Position numbers and translations under genes: made by a program. From contig JBGAON010000001.1 of NCBI GenBank assembly GCA_044221725.1, positions 128,001-192,000 of the forward strand: a stretch of DNA of 64,000 nucleotides, written 5' to 3'. Below are positions 50,716 through 60,866 of this stretch, piece by piece. The stretch is from Elusimicrobiota bacterium (GTDB lineage: Bacteria > Elusimicrobiota > Elusimicrobia > F11). Position 1 is the first letter of the stretch. The number at the start of each line of letters is the position of its first letter. Under the pieces are notes generated by a model. It was not told the DNA's origin. It was given only the letters and a program-made list of their open reading frames with translations, and made no database searches.

Positions 50716-52320
50716 TTAAGGGACGTAGCGGTTTGTAATTGGCATCCGGTGATCGCGACCAAACGAACGCGGGGTGATCTTTATGCCAGGCGGGTTTTGC
50801 CGGCGTTTGTATTCGCTGCGATCGATCAACAAGCTAATTCTTTTTTCGTAATCGCCGCGCGTATAAATCGCCATGTTTTTCTCCACGTAATCAACGATCA
50901 GCGGATCCAGCGTTGCGTACGGGCCGAGCGAATCTTCATCCTTTTGATTCTCACGGAGTTCGGCGGTGGGGGCGCGCGCGATGGTGGAGTTCGGAATAAT
51001 GTCTTTGCCCGCACGCTTATTGATGTGCTTCGAAAGTTCGTAAACAGTCGTCTTCAAAACATCTTTGATGACGGCAAAGCCTCCGGCCGTATCGCCGTAG
51101 AGCGTGCTGTAGCCGGTTGACATTTCGGATTTGTTGCCCGTGGTCAAAACCAACCAACCAAATTTGTTCGAAAGTGCCATGAGCAGATTGCCGCGGATGC
51201 GCGCTTGCAAGTTTTCTTCCGCGATGTTTGGTTTTGCGTTTTTAAACAGCGGCTCAAGTGTATGAAGAAATTCGTTAAAAATATTTTGAATGGGAATCTC
51301 ATGGAATTCGATCCCGAGATTTTTCGCAACGAGTGCCGCGTCGCTCTTCGTTTCGGCCAAATTAAACCGCGTCGGCATCGTAACACCGACGACATTTTGA
51401 GGCCCAAGCGCTTCCGCAGCCAATGTCGCGACGAGCGCGGAATCGATTCCGCCCGATAAACCAATCGCGACCTTCTTAAATCCATTTTTTTCGACGTAAT
51501 CGTGCAGCCCGAGAACAAGCGCGGCGTGAATTTCTTCGATGCGTTCGAGCGGTTCCTTGGTACCGCTGTTGCAGGATAAATCGATATTCCGACCGCGGGA
51601 TTCAATATCTATCACGTGAAGGCCGGACCTGAACTGTGGAAATTGCGCCGCCACCTTCCCTTGGCATGTCATGATGAAACTGCCTCCGTCAAAAACCAAT
51701 TCGTCTTGTCCGCCTGTCATGTTGCAATACAGCATGGGCGATTGGACAAAGCGCACGGATTTTTTGAACGCATCGTAACGTTGCGTGAGTTTGCCAACGT
51801 GATAGGGACTCGCGGAAATATTCACGAGCAGTTGAACCTTTTGTTTTTTGAGATCAAGCAGGTGAGGGCCAAGAATCCAAATGTCTTCGCAAATTGTGAG
51901 GCCAATTTTCGTGCCATTTAATGTTCGGACGACCGGTTTCTCCCCGGGGGAAAAATAGCGCTTTTCGTCGAACACGCCGTAGTTGGGCAGACAGCGTTTA
52001 TGATAGGTGGCGGCCACGCGCCCGTTCTCTATCCAGGCTGCGGCGTTGAACCGTTTGTTGCGGGCTTCGTCAACAAAACCAATGACGGCTGCAATGCCAC
52101 GCACACTTTTTGCAATTTCTTTTACCGCTTTTAGGTTTTCGGCAACGAACGCTGGCTTGAGGAGCAAGTCTTCCGGCGGGTAGCCGGTCAAACACATTTC
52201 CGGCGTGAGAACAAGCGCGCATCCATCGGCCTTCGCTTCGTTGATGGCCTCAAGAATTAGCCGCGCGTTGCCGCGAATGTCACCGACGGTTGGGTTTAAT
52301 TGAGCCAGCCCCACGCGCAT
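50716..52320 (-). CDS. nadE: Glutamine-dependent NAD+ synthetase
   Basis: Nitrilase-type domain (PEM, FDEKRYF, ICEDIW) plus SGGIDS, ENLQARIRG, TGNKSE. Confidence 0.96.
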   Translation of the reverse strand: MRVGLAQLNPTVGDIRGNARLILEAINEAKADGCALVLTPEMCLTGYPPEDLLLKPAFVAENLKAVKEIAKSVRGIAAVIGFVDEARNKRFNAAAWIENGRVAATYHKRCLPNYGVFDEKRYFSPGEKPVVRTLNGTKIGLTICEDIWILGPHLLDLKKQKVQLLVNISASPYHVGKLTQRYDAFKKSVRFVQSPMLYCNMTGGQDELVFDGGSFIMTCQGKVAAQFPQFRSGLHVIDIESRGRNIDLSCNSGTKEPLERIEEIHAALVLGLHDYVEKNGFKKVAIGLSGGIDSALVATLAAEALGPQNVVGVTMPTRFNLAETKSDAALVAKNLGIEFHEIPIQNIFNEFLHTLEPLFKNAKPNIAEENLQARIRGNLLMALSNKFGWLVLTTGNKSEMSTGYSTLYGDTAGGFAVIKDVLKTTVYELSKHINKRAGKDIIPNSTIARAPTAELRENQKDEDSLGPYATLDPLIVDYVEKNMAIYTRGDYEKRISLLIDRSEYKRRQNPPGIKITPRSFGRDHRMPITNRYVP

Positions 52321-52326
52321 GGAGCG

Positions 52327-53544
52327 TTATTGCACCATTTCGTGAGCGAGGATAATCGCTTCGGAAATTTCCTTCATCGATTTTCGTCGGTCCATGCTTT
52401 GGCGTTGAATTTCCCGGAAGGCTTCTTGCTCGGAAACCTTCTTTTGGTTCATGAGAATGCCTTTCGCGCGCTCGATCAGTTTGCGCGACTCCAAGGCTTC
52501 TTGCGCAGCCAATTTTTCGGAAAGAAGCCGGGTATTTTCTATCGCGGCCGCGCATTGGTTCGCCACCGACTGCGCAAAAGCGATCTCGTCCTCATTGAAC
52601 ACATGTTCGACAGGTTTATAGATATTGATGAGACCGAGTGCTTTGTCTTTATAAAGCATCGGCACTGACAAAAGAGAGACAAGTCCTTGTTTGATGGCCA
52701 AATCACGATATTGGTAGGCGCTGTCTTTCCGCACATCGCGGACCTGCAGCGGCTTTTTGTTCAGGATCGTTTTGCCCGAGGAGCTGCCATGGATTTTCAC
52801 CGGGCCTTTGTCGCGGTAGCCGGGGTCAAGCGATTGCGAGGCAACCATTCGGAGCTCTTGCGTCTTCTCATCCACCAGCATGATCGAGCAAATATTTGAA
52901 CCGAGCATCTGCGCCGTCATGTTCACGATGAGCTGCATGATGTCTTCGGGATAGCGGTCTTGGGTGATCGTGTTTGAAACAGCGTTCAGCGCTTCGAGCC
53001 TGCGTGCCCGAAGGCGCGTTTCTTTGTACAGGCGAGCTGTTTCGATGGCGGCTCCGACCTGACGGCCAATCGTTGACAGCAGATTAATAAGACGCAACGA
53101 ATGAACACGCGATTTTCTGTGCTGAATATTAATGACACCAATGACGTCGTTTTTGATCATGACGGGGACGGAAAGAAACGCTTCGTAACGATCTTCCGGT
53201 AGCACATTGATGAAACGCGGATCCGCGTGAGCGCCTTTCGAGATTGCGACCGGCTTGTGATGTTTGGCTACCCAGCCGGTAATTCCTTCGCCCATTTTGA
53301 TACGGAGGCTTCCGATGTCATTGGGATGCGGTGTTTTCGATGCCGATAAGACAAGGTCGTGTGTGGCCGTGTCGTGCAAGAACAGAAAGCAGGCATCGGC
53401 CTTTGTGAGGCCATTCACGAGATGAATGGTCTCGTTCAACGTTTGCTGCAGTTCTAGTGTCGATGCAAAAAGTGTGGAAAGATCGGAAAAGACCTTTAAT
53501 TCATCGATTTTTTCAGTTTTCTCTTTCGTCTGAGTTTTCTTCAT
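52327..53544 (-). CDS. GAF-GAF-ANTAR RNA-binding regulator
   Basis: Two GAF domains; LESRKLIERAKGILM...EQEAF..IQRQSMDRR. Confidence 0.92.
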   Translation of the reverse strand: MKKTQTKEKTEKIDELKVFSDLSTLFASTLELQQTLNETIHLVNGLTKADACFLFLHDTATHDLVLSASKTPHPNDIGSLRIKMGEGITGWVAKHHKPVAISKGAHADPRFINVLPEDRYEAFLSVPVMIKNDVIGVINIQHRKSRVHSLRLINLLSTIGRQVGAAIETARLYKETRLRARRLEALNAVSNTITQDRYPEDIMQLIVNMTAQMLGSNICSIMLVDEKTQELRMVASQSLDPGYRDKGPVKIHGSSSGKTILNKKPLQVRDVRKDSAYQYRDLAIKQGLVSLLSVPMLYKDKALGLINIYKPVEHVFNEDEIAFAQSVANQCAAAIENTRLLSEKLAAQEALESRKLIERAKGILMNQKKVSEQEAFREIQRQSMDRRKSMKEISEAIILAHEMVQ

Positions 53545-53591
53545 TCTGGAACCTCGAGGTTGGTGTAAGGCCCCGCATTGTAGCAATTCAA

Positions 53592-54254
53592 ATGTTAAAC
53601 TCGCCGCTCTTCAACATGGTCAACTTAAACTGGTTTTTACGTCTCAAATCCGTTTTTACAAACGCCGAAACCGAAACGGAATCTGTTCTTCGAACCCTTG
53701 CCGACAAACTAGAAGCGAAGGACCCTTACACGCTCGGTCACGCCGATCGCGTTTCCCAATACGCGGTTGAACTCGGGAAAATTCTTGGTGTCAACGGTCG
53801 GGAGCTGGCCATGCTCCGAAAAGGGGGACTTTTGCATGATATCGGCAAAATTGCAGTGCCGGACGCCATTTTGCTTAAGCCTGGCAAATACACCGACGAA
53901 GAGTTCGATGTAATGAAACGCCACCCGACGCTGGGCTGTGAAATTTGCCAAAACATCGCTTCGGTCCAAGATGCATTGCCGATGATTCGGCATCACCACG
54001 AACGGCTTGATGGCAGCGGATATCCGGACGGCCTGAAAGCCGATCAAATTTCGCCGTTGGTGCGCATAGTAACCATTGTCGACATTTACGATGCGTTGCG
54101 CTCCCGTCGCACCTATAAAGAACCATTTTCTCTCGATAAGTCGTTTGAAATCATGTGGAGTGAGGTCAACAAAGGTTGGTGGGATAAACATGTATTGTTG
54201 CCATGGGAGAATTATATCCGCTCAAACAAAGCCAACCACTATCCGCGGGCTTAA
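53592..54254 (+). CDS. Stand-alone HD-GYP phosphodiesterase
   Basis: KDPYT.GH, LLHDIGK, HHERLDGSGYP. Confidence 0.9.
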   Translation: MLNSPLFNMVNLNWFLRLKSVFTNAETETESVLRTLADKLEAKDPYTLGHADRVSQYAVELGKILGVNGRELAMLRKGGLLHDIGKIAVPDAILLKPGKYTDEEFDVMKRHPTLGCEICQNIASVQDALPMIRHHHERLDGSGYPDGLKADQISPLVRIVTIVDIYDALRSRRTYKEPFSLDKSFEIMWSEVNKGWWDKHVLLPWENYIRSNKANHYPRA

Positions 54255-54268
54255 ACCGCGTTTGATTC

Positions 54269-55654
54269 ATGAAAGATTTTTTGTTGATTCTTCAATACTT
54301 TTTTAATTGGCGGTTTCTAGTTCTGCTGTCGGCCGTTACATCGTTCGGCCTGTTGCTTCCCGAGAAGAACATTAAGCTTTTTCGCTCCGTCCGATTTAAT
54401 ATCTATCTGTTCCTTGTCATTGCGGTGGCTTCTGCTGCAGGAACATTTCTGCCACAGGAAAAAGCATCCGAGGTTGTTTATCATTCGTGGTGGTTTGCGG
54501 CCTTATTGGCGCTGATGGCGTTTGATGTCATCGTGTGCAAGTTGCGGCGGTTGCCTTTAAAGATTTTTGGATCGTCAAAGCCGCGCGCATCGGAAACCAT
54601 CGAACAATTCTTTTCCAAGTCCAAGCTGCGCGCCAATATTGCGTCGCCAGATGCACCGGCTGCAACGGTTGCTAAAGTGCGCCATTGGCTCGAAAAGAAA
54701 AATCTCTCTTTTGAACAAAACGATCGCGAGTTCGGCCCCGTATTTTTTGCATGGCGCCACGGCGTTCAGCGATGGGGCGATTTCATTCTGCACGTAAGTA
54801 TCGTGGCGGTTCTCGCGGGGAATTTGATCGGTGCAATGTTCGGCTTTGAAGAAATTCTGCCGATTGAAGAAGGTCGATCGGTCATTATGAAAAATCGGCC
54901 GTTCGAAGTGACGTTGAACGATTTTGAGATCGACTATTACAAGAACAGTGGCGCGCCCAGCGTTTACGCGAGCGACCTAACGGTTCGCCAGGACGGAAAA
55001 GAAATCGCCCATAAACGAATCCTCGTTAATTATCCGCTTGATATTGACCGCGTTCGTTTTTATCAGGCATCGTGGGGAATGACAAACAGTTATCACACCG
55101 CGAAATTGCTTTTGGCCGGTCGTGAAATTGAAGTGAGGCAAGGCGAAATAACACCGATTCCTGGAACGCCGCTATCGGTTCGAGCGAACGAGTTTTTGCC
55201 CTCGTTTGATATAGATGCCGATCATCATGCAACCACAAAAGACTTTGAAGGAAAAAATCCGGCGCTGCAGATCGACTTCCTTGAAAACGGTAAGGTTCAG
55301 GCGAAGGTGTGGTTGCTAAAAAATATGCCCCACGTGGCATTCCAAATAGTGGGAGACCGCGTGACACCGGCGGCGCCACCGCCGTTCCATTTGTTGGATG
55401 TGGATCCGATTCTTTTTTCGGGCATTCAAGTGCGTTACGACCCGGGCGCGCCACTTTTTTGGGCCTCCGCGATCGTTCTTCTGGTAGGGCTCTGTATGCA
55501 CTTTTATTTGCATCAACGGCGATTACGAATTGTTGTGCATGGCCGATCGGGCGGAAGCGAGGTTATTGTCGGTGGCTGGAATTCTCGCACGCCCGAAGAG
55601 TTTAAAGACGAATTCGCTGGTTGGATCAGCGCACTAAGAGAGACTATTTCCTAA
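54269..55654 (+). CDS. resB: Cytochrome c biogenesis protein ResB/Ccs1
   Basis: GTFLPQ, YHSWWF, LHVSI, VNYPL, FYQASW, YDPG. Confidence 0.9.
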   Translation: MKDFLLILQYFFNWRFLVLLSAVTSFGLLLPEKNIKLFRSVRFNIYLFLVIAVASAAGTFLPQEKASEVVYHSWWFAALLALMAFDVIVCKLRRLPLKIFGSSKPRASETIEQFFSKSKLRANIASPDAPAATVAKVRHWLEKKNLSFEQNDREFGPVFFAWRHGVQRWGDFILHVSIVAVLAGNLIGAMFGFEEILPIEEGRSVIMKNRPFEVTLNDFEIDYYKNSGAPSVYASDLTVRQDGKEIAHKRILVNYPLDIDRVRFYQASWGMTNSYHTAKLLLAGREIEVRQGEITPIPGTPLSVRANEFLPSFDIDADHHATTKDFEGKNPALQIDFLENGKVQAKVWLLKNMPHVAFQIVGDRVTPAAPPPFHLLDVDPILFSGIQVRYDPGAPLFWASAIVLLVGLCMHFYLHQRRLRIVVHGRSGGSEVIVGGWNSRTPEEFKDEFAGWISALRETIS

Positions 55655-55665
55655 AAGGAGCGTTT

Positions 55666-56520
55666 ATGGAGCGAATATTTTTTGGTGTCGCGTTTACTGC
55701 GTACACGGTAGCGATGACACTTTTTATTGGATACGCGATCACCCGTCGCGAAGCGTTGGCTGCAATGGCCAAATACGCGTTGATCGGAGCGGTCCTCTGC
55801 CATGTCGTTAGCCTTGTTATCCGGACGACGATCGCGCGCCAAATGCCGCAGCACGGCTGGTACGTGCCGTGGAGCAACTGGTTTGAGAGCTTTTCATTTT
55901 TCTCGGTTGTGATCGCGGTCGAGTATTTGCTGATTCAACGCAATCGCCACATTCCCATTCTTGGAGCGTTCGTGACACCGCTCATTTTTTTGACCGCGGT
56001 GATGGCAATCAATTCACCGTTCGGGACGCAGATTCCGAACTTGCCACCGGCGCTCCAGTCGTTTTGGATGGCCATTCACGTTCCGGTGATGTTTATCTCT
56101 TACGGCGCGTTCGCAAACGCGTTCGCGATTGGAATCGCCTACCTTTTACAAGAGCATCAGTTGAAATCCCGCAAACCGACCAATCTTACGTTTCGGCTTC
56201 CGCCGCTCGATGAGTTGGACAACATGATTTACCGCGTTATCTGGTACGCCTTCCCGTTGCTCACTCTGGGTGTGTTGCTGGGCGCGCGCTGGGCATACGA
56301 TGCGTGGGGCCGCTACTGGGGTTGGGATCCGAAGGAGACGTGGGCGTTTGTGACTTGGCTCACGTACCTTATCTATTTGCACATGCGGCTTGTGATGGGA
56401 TGGCGCGGACGCAAAACGGCGTATCTTTCGCTAATCGGTTTTGTCGTCGTCATTGGAACCTACATTGGCGTCAATTATCTTTCGCCGCTCCACGGATTTC
56501 TTTCGAATGCGGGGAAATAA
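55666..56520 (+). CDS. ccsA: Cytochrome c biogenesis protein CcsA/ResC
   Basis: PALQSFWMAIHV, WGRYWGWDPKETW. Confidence 0.95.
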   Translation: MERIFFGVAFTAYTVAMTLFIGYAITRREALAAMAKYALIGAVLCHVVSLVIRTTIARQMPQHGWYVPWSNWFESFSFFSVVIAVEYLLIQRNRHIPILGAFVTPLIFLTAVMAINSPFGTQIPNLPPALQSFWMAIHVPVMFISYGAFANAFAIGIAYLLQEHQLKSRKPTNLTFRLPPLDELDNMIYRVIWYAFPLLTLGVLLGARWAYDAWGRYWGWDPKETWAFVTWLTYLIYLHMRLVMGWRGRKTAYLSLIGFVVVIGTYIGVNYLSPLHGFLSNAGK

Positions 56521-56526
56521 GAATCC

Positions 56527-56595
56527 GTCGCCCTGGGATGTTTTAATTCAGGGCCCACTTGCATTGGATCCTGGATTAAGACATTCCAGGATGAC
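56527..56595. repeat. REP-like palindromic repeat, copy 5
   Basis: GTCGCCCTGG...CAGGGCCCA...TGGATCCTGGATTAAGACATTCCAGGATGAC. Confidence 0.82.
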
Positions 56596-56603
56596 GGCTT
56601 AAT

Positions 56604-57665
56604 ATGGGCCTCGTCACCGTCGGTTTATCTCACAAAACGGCACCGGTGGAGCTGCGCGAACGGTTAACGATACCTTCCGCGCAGTTGGGCGGGGCGCTCG
56701 ATCGCCTGTTCAACTCCAAGGAGTTGCAAGAGGCGGTTATTGTTTCCACGTGCAACCGACTTGAAATTTACGCGCGCCCACAGAGTGATCGCCAGCGCGC
56801 AATTCTGTCGCTTCGTCAGTTTTTCATTTCGATGTACGAACACCCGGGGCTTGATGATTCGTTGTACCATTACGAAGCGGATGCGGCGGTCAAACATTTG
56901 TTTCGTGTCGCCGCGGGGTTGGATTCGATGGTGGTTGGAGAAACCGAAATTCTCGGCCAAGTGAAATCCGCTTATCAGTTTTCTCAAGCGCATGGAACGA
57001 CCGGAAAAATTACAAATGTCTTGTTTCAACGCGCGCTGTTTGTGGGAAAACAAGTGCGTACAAAAACATTGATTTCGGAGGGGTCGAGTTCGGTAGGAAG
57101 TATTGCCGTGCAGCTGGCCGAAAAGATTTTTGGACCGCTCAACAAACACCGAATCCTTCTTTTGGGGGCGGGCGAAATGGCGGAAATCACCGCGCGGCAT
57201 TTGCTGAGCCAAAAGGCCGGCGAAATCGTGATTCTCAACCGCACGCTCGATCGTGCCGAATTGTTGGCCCATCAACTAAATGGCGTGGCCGGTTCCATGG
57301 ATGCTCTTCAGTCCGAACTATTGAAGGCCGACATCGTGGTGTGTTCGACGTCCGCCGAGAAACCGTTGCTAACGACGGACATGGTCGAAACAATTATGAA
57401 GGAACGTCGCGGTCGATCGCTGTACTTCATTGATATTGCGGTGCCTCGCAATGTGGCGCCTGGCGTGAACGAAATCGACAACGTCTATTTGTACAACATC
57501 GACCATCTTAAAAATCTCGTTGAAGAAAATATGAGTCGGCGCCAATCGCAGGTGGAGCGCGCCGAAGAACTCGTGACAAACCTTGCTGCAGAATTTTATG
57601 CATGGATTCTCGCGACGATCGAGGGAAAAACCAAAACGCTCAAGCACGGTCAGACGGTGTTATGA
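56604..57665 (+). CDS. hemA: Glutamyl-tRNA reductase
   Basis: HKTAPVELRE, STCNRLE, GLDSMVVGE; ends without the usual long dimerisation tail. Confidence 0.95.
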   Translation: MGLVTVGLSHKTAPVELRERLTIPSAQLGGALDRLFNSKELQEAVIVSTCNRLEIYARPQSDRQRAILSLRQFFISMYEHPGLDDSLYHYEADAAVKHLFRVAAGLDSMVVGETEILGQVKSAYQFSQAHGTTGKITNVLFQRALFVGKQVRTKTLISEGSSSVGSIAVQLAEKIFGPLNKHRILLLGAGEMAEITARHLLSQKAGEIVILNRTLDRAELLAHQLNGVAGSMDALQSELLKADIVVCSTSAEKPLLTTDMVETIMKERRGRSLYFIDIAVPRNVAPGVNEIDNVYLYNIDHLKNLVEENMSRRQSQVERAEELVTNLAAEFYAWILATIEGKTKTLKHGQTVL

Positions 57666-58555
57666 AGCTACGCATTGGTTCGCGTGGCTCGCCGTTGGCC
57701 ATCACACAAACGCAATGGGTGAGCGCCCGATTAAAAGAAAAAAATCCAGCGCTCGAGATTGAATTTAAAGAAATAACCACCGCGGGCGACCGCGGGCAAA
57801 CAAACGGCAAAGGCGTGTTTGTGAAAGAGATTGAAGACGCGTTGCTCACGAAACAGATTGATCTCGCTGTTCATTCGCTAAAGGATATGCCGTCCAATCT
57901 GCCGTTGGGTCTCCTGCTTGGCCCATTCCCGAAAAGAGAGGATTTTCGAGATGCCGTGGTTTCTCGATTTGGCGAATTGCTCGGTGAGTTGCCGCGGCAT
58001 TCAACGATTGGAACGAGTTCGCCGCGCCGTCATGCGCAGATCGCACATTTGTTTCGTAAGCGCGAATACAACATTCAACCGATTCGTGGAAACGTCGACA
58101 CGCGCTTAAAGAAACTGCAACAAGGCGACTTTGATTCCATAGTTTTGGCTGCCGCGGGTCTCAAGCGATTGGGCTTGGAAGCGGACGTCACACACATTTT
58201 GGATCCGTCGGTCTTTTTGCCGTCGCCAGCACAGGGGTGCCTAGGGCTCGAAGTTCGAGACGATTCGGCGGATGTGCTGGCGCTTCTTGAATCCATTAAA
58301 GACAGCGACGCGACGATAACAGCGAGCGCGGAACGCGCATTTTTGCAAGGACTGGGAGGCGATTGCAATGTTCCGGTCGGAGCCTATTCGAGCATTCAAG
58401 GCGACACGCTTGTGATGAAAGCGGCCATTTTCGATTTGAAGGGGGAACGCGCCGTGCGCGTTGAGCAAGTCGGTCCTGTGTCTGAGCCGTTGTTCGTCGG
58501 TTACCAATTGGCGGGACGCTTGTTGCAAGAGGGTGGTGCGGAGCTAATGCCATGA
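57662..58555 (+). CDS. hemC: Hydroxymethylbilane synthase
   Basis: GSRGSPLA, VHSLKD, RGNVDTR, GGDC. Confidence 0.95.
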   Translation: MKLRIGSRGSPLAITQTQWVSARLKEKNPALEIEFKEITTAGDRGQTNGKGVFVKEIEDALLTKQIDLAVHSLKDMPSNLPLGLLLGPFPKREDFRDAVVSRFGELLGELPRHSTIGTSSPRRHAQIAHLFRKREYNIQPIRGNVDTRLKKLQQGDFDSIVLAAAGLKRLGLEADVTHILDPSVFLPSPAQGCLGLEVRDDSADVLALLESIKDSDATITASAERAFLQGLGGDCNVPVGAYSSIQGDTLVMKAAIFDLKGERAVRVEQVGPVSEPLFVGYQLAGRLLQEGGAELMP

Positions 58556-60045
58556 AGCCTCGCGTGGGCAAGGTTTTTCTTGTGGGCGCCGGTCCGGGCG
58601 ATCCCGATCTCATTACGATCCGAGGCAAGAGGCTTTTGCGCGAAGCCGATGTGGTGGTAATGGATGCTCTCGTCAGCGCTGCGCTTGTGAAAAATATCCG
58701 AGCCAAAATCATTCACGCCGGCAAACGAGGGAGCATCGAAGCGAGTCACGGCAAAGAAAATATTTCTCAGGACGCAATTAATGTGCTGCTCGTAAAACTG
58801 GGGCGCGCAGGCAAACGCGTTGTTCGGCTTAAAGGCGGAGACCCGTTTGTTTTTGGACGTGGCAGCGAAGAAGTCGAAGCGCTCGCTTCGGCGAAAATCC
58901 CTTATGAAATTGTCCCCGGCGTTACCTCCGCGATCGCAGCGCCGGCGGCCGCCGGGATTCCCATCACGGACCGCCGATTTGCATCCCAAGTGACCTTTGT
59001 GACGGGGCATGGCCAAGCCCAGACGCGCGGTGTCGATACAAAGTCACCGCCGGTACAATGGAGAAAATTGCCAAAGGACGGAACGCTCGTAGTTCTGATG
59101 GGCGTCGCAAGCTGGTCCCGCATCCAACGCAAATTGCTTGAGGCGGGATGGTTGGCAAAGAGGCCCGTCGCGGCGATTGAATCCGCTACCAATGTGGATC
59201 AGCGTGTCATTCGAACGACGCTCGGAGCCTCTGCAAACGAATTCGCAAAACAAGTTTTGAGATCGCCCGCAGTTATCGTTGTTGGTGAAGTTGCTCGCTT
59301 GGGCGAACAGCCGAAAAAAATTGTGGTAACGCGACCCAAAGAACAAGGTGAAGAGCTCGTTCGCTTGTTGCGACAAAAAGAAATGCAGGTTATATCGGCC
59401 CCAGGCATTCGTGTTGCGCCGCTTGGGAAAAAGTTGAAACTGAAACGTCGATACTACGATTGGGTTTTGTTTTTAAGTAGCAACGCCGTCCGTACGTTTA
59501 CCCCTCACGCTGACCCGCTTCCCTCGCTTCGCGAGAGGAGAGGGGAGCGGGTCAGCGTGAGGGGTGTTCTGGCGATCGGAACCGAAACCAAAAAAGTGGC
59601 TGAGTCTTATGGATGGAAGGTAAACATCATTCCAAAAGTATTCACATCCGCCGGTGTGCTCCGAGCGTTGGGGCCCGTGCAGGGAAAGAATATTTTAATC
59701 CCGCGCGTTCAGAACGCGCCGCGCGATTTGCCCAACGCGCTGCGGAAGCGGGGTGCGATCGTTGAAGAAGTGGTGACCTACGAGACCAAACCGGAACGAT
59801 TTTCGCAATCCATGCGGCGTGAAATACTGACTGGCGTGGACGCTGTGACATTCACATCGGCGTCCACCGTGGGCGGATTCATGAACAATTTTTCTGCAGC
59901 AGAAAGGAAACGGATTTTTCGGGCCGCGCGTGCTGTGTCAATGGGACCTCAAACGACCGCGGCTCTTCGTCTTTTTGGTGTTCGCAGCATCGCTCAGGCA
60001 AAACATGCCACAATTCCAGCTTTGGTGGAGGCTCTTTGTTCATGA
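58552..60045 (+). CDS. cobA: Uroporphyrinogen-III methyltransferase / synthase fusion (CobA-HemD)
   Basis: GAGPGDP, RLKGGDP; VVTRP, FTSASTV. Confidence 0.93.
   Translation: MKPRVGKVFLVGAGPGDPDLITIRGKRLLREADVVVMDALVSAALVKNIRAKIIHAGKRGSIEASHGKENISQDAINVLLVKLGRAGKRVVRLKGGDPFVFGRGSEEVEALASAKIPYEIVPGVTSAIAAPAAAGIPITDRRFASQVTFVTGHGQAQTRGVDTKSPPVQWRKLPKDGTLVVLMGVASWSRIQRKLLEAGWLAKRPVAAIESATNVDQRVIRTTLGASANEFAKQVLRSPAVIVVGEVARLGEQPKKIVVTRPKEQGEELVRLLRQKEMQVISAPGIRVAPLGKKLKLKRRYYDWVLFLSSNAVRTFTPHADPLPSLRERRGERVSVRGVLAIGTETKKVAESYGWKVNIIPKVFTSAGVLRALGPVQGKNILIPRVQNAPRDLPNALRKRGAIVEEVVTYETKPERFSQSMRREILTGVDAVTFTSASTVGGFMNNFSAAERKRIFRAARAVSMGPQTTAALRLFGVRSIAQAKHATIPALVEALCS
59500..59565. repeat. 66-bp palindromic element inside the HemD domain
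   Basis: 20-bp perfect inverted repeat ACCCCTCACGCTGACCCGCT / AGCGGGTCAGCGTGAGGGGT. Confidence 0.9.
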
Positions 60046-60866
60046 AGAAAGAATCACTTGGTCAGCTTTTGATTACTGTTAAAAAAGCTCTCACGGCGGG
60101 CGGTGCCGTGGTGCGCAGAGGATTTCACAAGCCCACGCAGGTGCGGTACAAAGGAGTTGCTGATCCCTTCACGCAAATCGATTTGGCATCAGAAAAAGCG
60201 GTGTTCGGAGTAATCTCAAAAGCTTTTCCGTCTCATGCTTTTTTGGCGGAGGAGTCGGCGTTTCAAAAGGGCCAAGCCCTCAGCAAGAGCCGTCCGGATC
60301 AATACCGCTGGATCGTCGATCCGCTCGACGGAACGGTGAACTTTATTCACCGTATTCCCCAATCGTGCGTGTCGGTGGCCGTGGAGTGCGGCGGGGTATT
60401 GCTGGCGGGCGGGGTTTTTGACCCCTTTCGAGACGAGATGTTTCTTGCCGCCAAAGGGCAAGGCGCCACGCTCAATGGGCGGAAAATCAGGGTGTCTCTG
60501 GAACGGAAGCCTCTAAGATCACTGGTCGTCACTGGGTTTCCTTATCAACATCAAAAAGAACCCCGAAAACACGCATTGTTTATTGCGCCTTTCCTTGAAA
60601 AGTTTGCGGATTTGCGTCGCCTGGGCGCGGCGGCGTTGGACCTTTCTTGGATAGCCTGCGGCCGTGTGGACGCCTATTTCGAGTTCGGGCTTAAGCCGTG
60701 GGATGTGGCGGCCGGCGCTTTGTTGGTTTCTGAAGCGGGAGGGAAAGTTACGAATTTCCGAGGGAAACCCATGAATATCGACGATTCTGCGCAGACGGCT
60801 GCCACGAACGGGTTGCTGCATTCCCAGGTGGTCCGAATTCTTAATGGAAACTTAACCGAATCTTAA
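60042..60866 (+). CDS. suhB: Inositol monophosphatase family protein
   Basis: WIVDPLDGTVNF, WDVAAG. Confidence 0.9.
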   Translation: MKKESLGQLLITVKKALTAGGAVVRRGFHKPTQVRYKGVADPFTQIDLASEKAVFGVISKAFPSHAFLAEESAFQKGQALSKSRPDQYRWIVDPLDGTVNFIHRIPQSCVSVAVECGGVLLAGGVFDPFRDEMFLAAKGQGATLNGRKIRVSLERKPLRSLVVTGFPYQHQKEPRKHALFIAPFLEKFADLRRLGAAALDLSWIACGRVDAYFEFGLKPWDVAAGALLVSEAGGKVTNFRGKPMNIDDSAQTAATNGLLHSQVVRILNGNLTES

